Assembly (NCBI GenBank): GCA_964568835.1
Contig: CAZMRZ010000003.1
Span: 35,651-99,650 of the forward strand
Direction of reading: 5' to 3'
Length of the DNA stretch: 64,000 nt
DNA from: an uncultured Woeseiaceae bacterium
Lineage (GTDB): Bacteria; Pseudomonadota; Gammaproteobacteria; Steroidobacterales; Woeseiaceae
Under the pieces are notes generated by a model, which saw nothing but the letters and a program-made list of their open reading frames with translations, ran no database searches and was not told where the DNA came from. Positions 57,345-64,000 of the stretch are shown here, piece after piece; within the stretch, counting starts at the first letter, position 1, and every line of letters begins with the position of its first letter. The translations under genes and the position numbers were made by a program.

Positions 57345-58138
57345 CGGCCGATGTGCTCGCGGACATCCCCGGTTGGGAAGGCGCGACGGTGACTGAGCTA
57401 ACGGGTGGCCTGTCCAACAAGACCTGGCGTGTGAGTAAAGAGGGTCGGTCGGGTGTCCTCAAAATCGATGAAGAAGAACGCCGGGAGCCTTTGAATACGC
57501 GATGTGCTGAGGCGAGCGTTCAGAATACAGCCGCGAAGGCCGGTCTCGCCGCTAAGGTCATATTGGCGGACGACGGATTCTATTTCTCAGAATATGTCGA
57601 GGGAAAGGTATGGGAACCCAGTTGCCTGAATACGGACGGCAATCTCGAGATGCTGGCTGCCGCGGTGAAGCGCTTGCACGCCTTGCCACTGACCGGTCGC
57701 TCGTTCGACGCGAAAATTGCGGCACGACGCTATGCCAAAAAGGCCAGCAGCCTCGAATCAACGACGATCGAAAAGTGTACGGCGATTGTTTCCAGCATGC
57801 GATTGCCACACAACCTCTGTTGTTGCCACAACGATCTGGTTGCGGCGAACCTCATCACTGCGCCCGATCTGATGTTCCTGGACTGGGAATACGCTTGCGA
57901 CAACGATCCGTTCTTCGATCTTGCGACACTGGTTGAGCACCACGAGCTGGAAGACGCACAGACAAGCAGACTGCTGGATGCTTATCTGGGCGGCGATGGC
58001 ACGCGATGGCGCGAACACCTTGAAAAGCAACGCATGCTTTATCTTGCCCTACTGTGTCTGTGGATGGCGTCCAGACCGGACAGCGATCCAGCCGAACTCG
58101 CTCGCGTTGTCGAACGGCTGATTACCAACTATTCCTGA
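57326..58138 (+). CDS. thiK: Choline/aminoglycoside-kinase-fold phosphotransferase; probable thiamine kinase
   Basis: GTG 57326 lies 8 nt after GAGGAG and overlaps the pnuC-family stop (GTGA). LTGGLSNKTWRV, the CHNDLVAANLI catalytic loop and FLDWEYA motifs. The symbol is from operon context. Confidence 0.65.
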   Translation: MTVTLYPADVLADIPGWEGATVTELTGGLSNKTWRVSKEGRSGVLKIDEEERREPLNTRCAEASVQNTAAKAGLAAKVILADDGFYFSEYVEGKVWEPSCLNTDGNLEMLAAAVKRLHALPLTGRSFDAKIAARRYAKKASSLESTTIEKCTAIVSSMRLPHNLCCCHNDLVAANLITAPDLMFLDWEYACDNDPFFDLATLVEHHELEDAQTSRLLDAYLGGDGTRWREHLEKQRMLYLALLCLWMASRPDSDPAELARVVERLITNYS

Positions 58139-58913
58139 GTTCTCGTAGCTTCAGAAACACGCTGCGGGCATCGGGGCTGTCGCCGAGCTCGGGAAAATCA
58201 CTCGCTAATTTCGCGACCACCGACGGGTTCTGCAGGCGAAAAAATGTATTGATCTCCTTTTCCTGGCCCAGCGTGGTGACCACTGCATCGTCGGGATCCT
58301 GATTCTTGTATGTTTCCATCATTGCTGCAGCTGCTTGATTGTCCGGTTCGCGATCCAGGGTGAAAGTCAGATTGTTGAGCAAGTAGTCGTGGCCGGGATA
58401 GAGCAGTGTCGTATCGCCGAGAATTTCGAGTTGCTCCTGGAAGGTTTCAAACAGCTCTTCGGGGTGACCACCGTTGTGGCAATTGCCCGCGCCGGCGTTG
58501 AATAACGTATCGCCGCTAAACAATGCAGGTTGATCGGTTCGAGAGAGCAGGCATATGTGGCTCATGGTGTGGCCTGGCGTATCGAGGCACTCGAGATCGA
58601 TAGTCTTGCCGACTTTGATGATGTCGCCGGCGCCAACGCCGACATCCATGTTCGGAATCTTGCTCCGCGCATTCTCATGCGCGATCACTTTCGCACCCGT
58701 CGCCGTTACGACGGCTTTGTTACCACCCGTGTGATCGCCATGTTCGTGCGTATTGAGAATTTGAGTGATCGTCCAACCACGTTCCGTCGCAAGCGCCAGA
58801 CATTTTTTATAGTCGAGCGGGTCGATCGCGAGTGCATCGCCAGTCTCGGGGCAGGCAATCAGATAATTGAAGTTGCGGAATGCATTGCCGGTCCAGACCT
58901 GCTCAACAATCAT
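58122..58913 (-). CDS. gloB: Hydroxyacylglutathione hydrolase-like MBL-fold metallohydrolase (glyoxalase II type)
   Basis: NTHEHGDHTGGN (HxHxDH), TPGHTMSH and PGHDY motifs. 263 aa. Confidence 0.8.
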   Translation of the reverse strand: MIVEQVWTGNAFRNFNYLIACPETGDALAIDPLDYKKCLALATERGWTITQILNTHEHGDHTGGNKAVVTATGAKVIAHENARSKIPNMDVGVGAGDIIKVGKTIDLECLDTPGHTMSHICLLSRTDQPALFSGDTLFNAGAGNCHNGGHPEELFETFQEQLEILGDTTLLYPGHDYLLNNLTFTLDREPDNQAAAAMMETYKNQDPDDAVVTTLGQEKEINTFFRLQNPSVVAKLASDFPELGDSPDARSVFLKLRELRNSW

Positions 58914-60574
58914 TCATCAACTCCTGATTCATATTTGAGCTCACCCGCGACCCAGGTTTGCAAAACCTCGATATCATCGATTTCCGACTCCGGAATTTCA
59001 AAATAATCGCGATCGATCATGATGAAGTCCGCCCATTTGCCCGGCTCAAGACTGCCCAGCCGATCTTCCTGATTGGCCGCGAACGCTGCGGCCAAGGTAA
59101 ACGAGTGCAATGCCTCGGTACGCGTCAATGCCTGGTCGGCGTACCAGCCGCCGTCGGGTTCACCGTCCCGCCCCTGGCGAGTGACTGCGGCGTAGAGGCC
59201 GTGGAACGGGTTCGATAGCTCTACGGGGAAGTCAGAGCCGTTGGCGATGACCGCACCGGAGTCTAACAATCGACGCCATGCATAACCGCCGAGAATACGG
59301 TCGGGCCCGATCCGATCCTCGGCCATGTTTTTGTCGCTCGTCGCGTGCGTTGCCTGCATCGAGGCGATGACGCCGAGTTCTGCGAATCTCGGTATATCGT
59401 CCAAAGAAATAATCTGTGCGTGTTCGACCCGGTTACGAAGAGGCGACGGCTTACCGCCCTGAGCTTTGTCGAATGCGTTCAAGACCATTCGATTGCCCAA
59501 GTCACCAATTGCATGAACGCCAACCTGAAAGCCCATCTCGTTCGCCTTGGCAATCTGTTTATCGAGTTGCTCTTGCGTCCAGAATGGAAGGCCGCGATTT
59601 TCGACATCATCGCTGTACGGCTCGATCATCGCCGCGCCACGGCTTCCCAATGCGCCGTCTGAGTAGATCTTTACGGAAGCGATCTCAAGGCGATCATTTC
59701 CGTACTGTTTGATCGGTTTCCCGATGGCGTCGAGCACTTCGCCAGCACCCGCAATCATCGCGTAAATTCGAATATCCAGTTGATCGCTGTCGGCCAGCGA
59801 AAGATAGGTCTCGGCATTTTGGAGGTCGATCCCGGGATCGTGAACGCTGGTAATACCCTGTGACAGTAAGACACGTATCGCCGCCTGGATGGCATCCCGT
59901 ACTTCGTTCTTGTTCACAGCGGGAATGTGCGGACTGATCATTCCCATCGCGGTATCGATTAGAACACCGGTCGCGTGACCGAATTCGTCGCGCAGAATTT
60001 TGCCGCCGATCGGGTCCGGCGTATCGTCGTCAATGCCCGAGAGTTTTAACGCCACACTGTTCGCCCATCCAGCGTGTCCGTCTACCCGACGCAGCCAGAC
60101 CGGTCTGTCGCTGACAACGGCGTCGATGTGGCTGGCTGTCGGGAACGCCTGAACTGGCCATAGAACCTGGTTCCAACCGCGCCCCAGAATCCATCGAGCA
60201 CTTGGTTTGTCGTTCGCGTAGCTTGCTATTTGCGCGACGGCGTCCTCGACGGTCGGACTACCCATCAGGTCGAGATTGGTGCTCAGGCTCCCGAGACCAA
60301 ACACGTGGCCATGCGCATCCGTTAGGCCGGGCAAGACGGTCTTGCCGAAGCCGTCGATCTGCACCGCTTGTGCATAGGTGCTTAGCAGATCCTCGTCACC
60401 GACGGCGATAACGCGGCCGGCGTCGTCAAAGACCAGAACGGAAAACGTCATAAGGCCGTCATTGGTCGATGTGTAGCCGTTGACGTTATGCAGCGCGGTG
60501 TCTGCCCAGACGATATTTGCGACCAGCAAGAAGATGCATGAGATTGCGATTGGAATGTGTTTTATTCTAGTCAT
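58910..60574 (-). CDS. Secreted amidohydrolase-family (Amidohydro_3/YtcJ-like) metal-dependent hydrolase
   Basis: Signal peptide IAISCIFLLVANIVWA. LPGLTDAHGHV metal-binding HxH, VGVHAIGD, VEHAQ and GSDFPVE motifs. The stop overlaps the gloB start (ATGA). Confidence 0.8.
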   Translation of the reverse strand: MTRIKHIPIAISCIFLLVANIVWADTALHNVNGYTSTNDGLMTFSVLVFDDAGRVIAVGDEDLLSTYAQAVQIDGFGKTVLPGLTDAHGHVFGLGSLSTNLDLMGSPTVEDAVAQIASYANDKPSARWILGRGWNQVLWPVQAFPTASHIDAVVSDRPVWLRRVDGHAGWANSVALKLSGIDDDTPDPIGGKILRDEFGHATGVLIDTAMGMISPHIPAVNKNEVRDAIQAAIRVLLSQGITSVHDPGIDLQNAETYLSLADSDQLDIRIYAMIAGAGEVLDAIGKPIKQYGNDRLEIASVKIYSDGALGSRGAAMIEPYSDDVENRGLPFWTQEQLDKQIAKANEMGFQVGVHAIGDLGNRMVLNAFDKAQGGKPSPLRNRVEHAQIISLDDIPRFAELGVIASMQATHATSDKNMAEDRIGPDRILGGYAWRRLLDSGAVIANGSDFPVELSNPFHGLYAAVTRQGRDGEPDGGWYADQALTRTEALHSFTLAAAFAANQEDRLGSLEPGKWADFIMIDRDYFEIPESEIDDIEVLQTWVAGELKYESGVDE

Positions 60575-60621
60575 TGGATTACCTTATCACGCGAGAATCG
60601 GACCTCAAGCTGGAATTGACG

Positions 60622-61464
60622 ATGAAAATTGCAAGCTTCAAAGTGGACGGCAGGACAAGCTACGGCGTGGTTGATGGGAAGATGCTGCGCCAACCCGGCG
60701 ACGAATTTCGGTCGCGTTTTGCAGATCTTCGCGCCGTTATTGCGGCGGACAGCCTGGCCGAGCTTGATGCTAATTCAGACGGAGAAAGTCTCAGCATCAG
60801 CGATGTGCAGTTCCTGCCGGTCGTCCCGAATCCCGACAAGATACTGTGTGTCGGCGTCAACTATCGGCCACATATCGAGGAGATGGGTCGCAAGATACCG
60901 GACTACCCGGTGGTCTTCGTGCGATTTCCCGGGAGCCAGACCGGACACGGACAAGCCATCATTCGACCTCGCGTTTCGGAGCAGTACGACTACGAGGGTG
61001 AGTTGGCTATTGTCATTGGAAAACGGGCGCGACACGTCGGTCGATCAGAGGCGCTGGACTGTATCGCGGGATACTGCTGCTTTATGGATGGCTCAGTACG
61101 CGACTGGCAGCGTCACACGCCGCAATTTACCGCCGGAAAGAACTTTGCGCGGAGTGGATCGATGGGTCCCTGGCTGGTCACGCTCGATGAAGTCCCGGAT
61201 CCAGCAGAACTGAGGCTAACGACCCGTTTGAATGGCGAAGTCATGCAAGAAGGTCGGCTCGCGGACCTGCTATTCGACATTCCCACCCTGATTGAATATT
61301 GCTCAACGTTTGCCGAGTTGTCACCGGGGGATGTAATTGCGACTGGGACACCGGGCGGAGTAGGCGCAGCACGTACACCGCCGGTGTGGTTGAAGCACGG
61401 CGATACGCTTGAGGTCGACATTCCCGGAGTTGGCCTGTTGGTCAATTCCGTCGTGGATGAATAG
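60622..61464 (+). CDS. Fumarylacetoacetate hydrolase (FAH) family protein
   Basis: ATG 60622 (MKIASFKVDGRTSYGVV). KILCVGVNY, YEGELAIVIGK, and a GDVIATGTPGGVG motif. Confidence 0.85.
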   Translation: MKIASFKVDGRTSYGVVDGKMLRQPGDEFRSRFADLRAVIAADSLAELDANSDGESLSISDVQFLPVVPNPDKILCVGVNYRPHIEEMGRKIPDYPVVFVRFPGSQTGHGQAIIRPRVSEQYDYEGELAIVIGKRARHVGRSEALDCIAGYCCFMDGSVRDWQRHTPQFTAGKNFARSGSMGPWLVTLDEVPDPAELRLTTRLNGEVMQEGRLADLLFDIPTLIEYCSTFAELSPGDVIATGTPGGVGAARTPPVWLKHGDTLEVDIPGVGLLVNSVVDE

Positions 61465-61752
61465 AGAGGATTGTCACGTTAGGCATTGATTTCGTACACA
61501 TTGCGACGTCGATTCGGTTTGTTGCGGTTTTGCAACAAAAATCATCAAAATCTCAGGTAGAACTCTGAAATCGCCATAAAGGATTGACATAAAGCCGATT
61601 TTCTGCGAATTTTCATCTCAACAAGCGTAGTCTTTCAGCAACAAATGTTGTTTTGACGTCCGACTTCGCGACAGATTGCAAGACACCTTCAGGTACGACT
61701 TGGCGGGGGATTCAGGGGGCCAGGACCACGTGCTTACGTAGGTTTGGAAAAA

Positions 61753-61780
61753 GCGGTTTCGCAAGAAGCCGCTTTTTTTT
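61753..61780 (+). terminator. Strong Rho-independent terminator with no annotated gene upstream (orphan)
   Basis: GCGGTTTC-GCAA-GAAGCCGC: an 8-bp stem including one G-U pair, a GNRA tetraloop, then T8. It lies 289 nt after the FAH stop and 90 nt before the DUF4212 ATG. Confidence 0.75.
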
Positions 61781-61869
61781 GTCTGCGATTCTCGGTCGTT
61801 GGGCATATCACTGTCTCCCTGCTACATTGAGCCCGGAAAAAAGAAGCGGTTCACCGTTTAGGAGCAAGC

Positions 61870-62127
61870 ATGAATAAGGACAAACGTCTGGCGTATTGGC
61901 GCGCCAATCTGCGACTGATGGGAATTTGCCTCGTTATCTGGTTCACCGTTTCCTTTGGCTTCGGCGTACTGCTGGTCGATCAACTCAACACCATTCGTTT
62001 CGGCGGATTCCAGCTCGGCTTCTGGTTCGCGCAGCAAGGATCGATCTATGTCTTCGTGCTGCTGATCTTCTTTTACGCCTGGCGCATGAATCGCATCGAT
62101 CGCGAACATGACGTACACGAGGACTGA
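61870..62127 (+). CDS. DUF4212 small membrane protein (putative solute:sodium symporter small subunit)
   Basis: 85 aa, two TM helices. YWRANLRLM...FGGFQLGFWFAQQGSIYVFVLLIFFYAWRMN is characteristic. It immediately precedes an SSS permease. Confidence 0.85.
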   Translation: MNKDKRLAYWRANLRLMGICLVIWFTVSFGFGVLLVDQLNTIRFGGFQLGFWFAQQGSIYVFVLLIFFYAWRMNRIDREHDVHED

Positions 62128-62136
62128 GGCGCTCCT

Positions 62137-63909
62137 ATGAGTCTTCAGGCGCTGACTTACATTATTGTCGGATTGAGCTTTGTGCTCTACATCGGTATTG
62201 CGATCTGGTCGCGCGCTCACAATACTGGCGACTTTTATATTGCTGGAAAGGGCGTGTCGCCCATTGCCAACGGCATGGCGACCGCTGCCGACTGGATGAG
62301 TGCCGCGTCGTTTATTTCCATGGCCGGTCTCATCGCTTTCCTCGGATACGACGGATCCGTTTATCTCATGGGATGGACGGGCGGTTACGTACTGCTCGCA
62401 TTATTGCTGGCACCGTATCTGCGGAAATTCGGCAAGTTCACGGTCCCGGAATTTATCGCAGAGCGCTACTACTCCAAAGCAGCGCGTATCGTTGCCGTCA
62501 TCTGCCTGATCTTTATTTCGTTTACCTACGTTGCCGGGCAAATGCGTGGCGTGGGCATCGTGTTTTCGCGTTTCCTCGAAGTCGACGTGACCGTCGGCCT
62601 GATGATTGGCATGGGAATCGTCTTCATCTACGCCGTGCTGGGAGGGATGAAGGGTATTACCTACACGCAGGTCGCGCAGTATTGTGTTCTTATCTTTGCG
62701 TATACCGTGCCAGCGATTTTCATCGCCATTCAAATAACCGATAATCCGATTCCGCAGCTTGCTTTCGGCAGCGATATCACCGGGTCCGGAACGGCATTGC
62801 TCGATAAGCTCGACGACATCGTTACGTCGCTCGGATTCAACCAATATACGTCGGGCACAAAGAGTCGAATCGATGTTTTCTGTATCACGATGGCACTGAT
62901 GGTCGGTACGGCGGGACTGCCGCACGTCATCGTTCGATTCTTTACCGTACCCAAGGTCCGCGACGCACGTATCTCTGCAGGTTGGGCGCTGCTATTCATC
63001 GCGATCTTGTATACGACCGCGCCCGCTGTCGGTTCAATGGCGCGTTACAACCTGATTAATACAATACAGACCGGTGAGGTCGGTGCTGTTGATGGCAATC
63101 TTGCCTATGAGGAAAGGCCACCGTGGTTCAACACCTGGGAGAGCACGGGCTTACTGTCTTTTGATGACAAGAATGGTGACGGGCGAGTGCAGTATTACGA
63201 CGACACCAACCCGGATTTCTCAGAACAGGCAACACAGTTCGGCTGGCAAGGTAATGAGCTCCGCGTTGACCGTGACATCATGGTGCTCGCCAATCCGGAA
63301 ATCGCCGGACTACCCAACTGGGTTATCGCCCTCGTTGCAGCAGGTGCGGTAGCTGCCGCGCTTTCTACGGCGGCCGGTTTGCTGCTCGTCATCTCCGCTG
63401 CCGTTTCCCACGATTTGATCAAGGGTATTTTCTTACCGAATATTTCGGACAAGAAGGAATTGCTGGCCGGCCGCATAGCCGCTGCGTTCGCAATCTTGAT
63501 CGCCGGCTATTTGGGTTTTGATCCACCGGGCTGGGTCGCCCAAGTCGTTGCATTCGCGTTTGGTCTTGCGGCTGCATCATTGTTCCCGGCGATCCTGCTG
63601 GGCATTTTCTTCAAGCGCGTCAATCGCGAGGGCGCGATCGCGGGCATGCTCACAGGTTTGATATTTACCTACGGTTATATCGAGTTCTTCAAGGGGCTGT
63701 TTTTGAAATGGGCAGGTGCGCCCTGGGGCGTCAATACACCAGAACACTGGTTTATGGGTATATCGCCGGAAGGTATCGGTGTGATCGGCATGTGCCTGAA
63801 TTTTATCGTCGCAATTTCCGTTAGCCTGGTGACCCGTCCGCCACCAGAACACATCCAGCAGTTGGTCGAGCAGATACGCGTGCCGCGCCATGTGGAGATC
63901 AAACAATGA
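62137..63909 (+). CDS. Sodium:solute symporter family permease (VC_2705/ActP-like)
   Basis: About 13 TM helices. GDFYIAGKGVSPIANGMATAADWMSAASFISMAG and GTAGLPHVIVRFFT motifs of the SSF family. Confidence 0.88.
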   Translation: MSLQALTYIIVGLSFVLYIGIAIWSRAHNTGDFYIAGKGVSPIANGMATAADWMSAASFISMAGLIAFLGYDGSVYLMGWTGGYVLLALLLAPYLRKFGKFTVPEFIAERYYSKAARIVAVICLIFISFTYVAGQMRGVGIVFSRFLEVDVTVGLMIGMGIVFIYAVLGGMKGITYTQVAQYCVLIFAYTVPAIFIAIQITDNPIPQLAFGSDITGSGTALLDKLDDIVTSLGFNQYTSGTKSRIDVFCITMALMVGTAGLPHVIVRFFTVPKVRDARISAGWALLFIAILYTTAPAVGSMARYNLINTIQTGEVGAVDGNLAYEERPPWFNTWESTGLLSFDDKNGDGRVQYYDDTNPDFSEQATQFGWQGNELRVDRDIMVLANPEIAGLPNWVIALVAAGAVAAALSTAAGLLLVISAAVSHDLIKGIFLPNISDKKELLAGRIAAAFAILIAGYLGFDPPGWVAQVVAFAFGLAAASLFPAILLGIFFKRVNREGAIAGMLTGLIFTYGYIEFFKGLFLKWAGAPWGVNTPEHWFMGISPEGIGVIGMCLNFIVAISVSLVTRPPPEHIQQLVEQIRVPRHVEIKQ

Positions 63910-64000
63910 ATCGATTGCTTTGCTTCTTCGTGTTTTCGTTGCTGGCACTGGTTGCCCGCGCGGATACATTGTCGCCGGATGAACAACGCATGGCGGACTG
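63906..64000 (+). CDS. Start of a secreted hypothetical protein (truncated by the window end)
   Basis: The ATG overlaps the symporter stop (ATGA). MNRLLCFFVFSLLALVARADTLSPDEQRMAD looks like a signal peptide. Only 31 codons are visible. Confidence 0.4.
   Translation, partial: MNRLLCFFVFSLLALVARADTLSPDEQRMAD

Noticed and set aside
61653-61877. A 74-aa plus-strand ORF in the long intergenic region.
   Set aside because: It reads straight through a strong intrinsic terminator and into the RBS and start of the DUF4212 gene. It has no RBS and is Arg/Ser/Gly-rich.

Overview
This 64-kb window looks like ordinary chromosome from a Gram-negative bacterium. Gene content suggests a marine-type gammaproteobacterium, but that is inference only. 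It is densely packed with about 60 protein genes. I saw no rRNA, tRNA, CRISPR array, integrase, transposase or prophage signature.

All functional calls come from motif recognition in the supplied translations and from reading the DNA by eye. No BLAST, HMM or folding program was run.

Content in order:
- an OmpA-family protein, phhB and a PLP dehydratase
- an orphan ParA-like ATPase with a Cys-rich partner
- divergently arranged acetolactate synthase large and small subunit genes
- proB-proA, translationally coupled to a GlpD-like flavoenzyme
- a PlpD-like patatin/Omp85 (type Vd) lipase
- a solitary 1332-aa AAA_35-type NTPase with a TM helix, P-domain and WD40 repeats
- an LplT-acyltransferase fusion, MscS, a SYLF protein, the LemA/M48 pair and ApbE
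- a nine-gene co-directional envelope cluster (25.5-35.2 kb): TlpA-like redoxin, secreted and TPR proteins, one ExbB/TolQ, two ExbD/TolR, and a TonB-like protein with a (Pro-Glu)7 linker
- a small DNA-glycosylase operon, lepB, a PII protein and a desaturase
- a liu-like leucine catabolic cluster that lacks the biotin-carboxylase subunit
- TetR/IcmF plus a valine-type catabolic operon
- a TPP-riboswitch-controlled thiamine salvage operon (TonB-dependent receptor, YkoF-like, PnuC-family, kinase)
- gloB, an amidohydrolase, an FAH-family enzyme and a DUF4212/sodium:solute symporter pair

Most interesting, in my judgement:
1. The Tol/Ton-like motor cluster with about 1,560 residues of secreted TPR scaffold. 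It resembles the Agl/Glt-core architecture and has no established function in gammaproteobacteria. One of its two ExbD paralogues carries Asn in place of the conserved transmembrane Asp.
2. The membrane-spanning AAA_35-P-domain-WD40 protein.
3. A 27-nt inverted repeat (26/27 bp) that places the kinase Shine-Dalgarno in its loop and spans the pnuC-family stop and kinase start.
4. An orphan strong terminator, possibly marking an sRNA or leader, upstream of the symporter operon.
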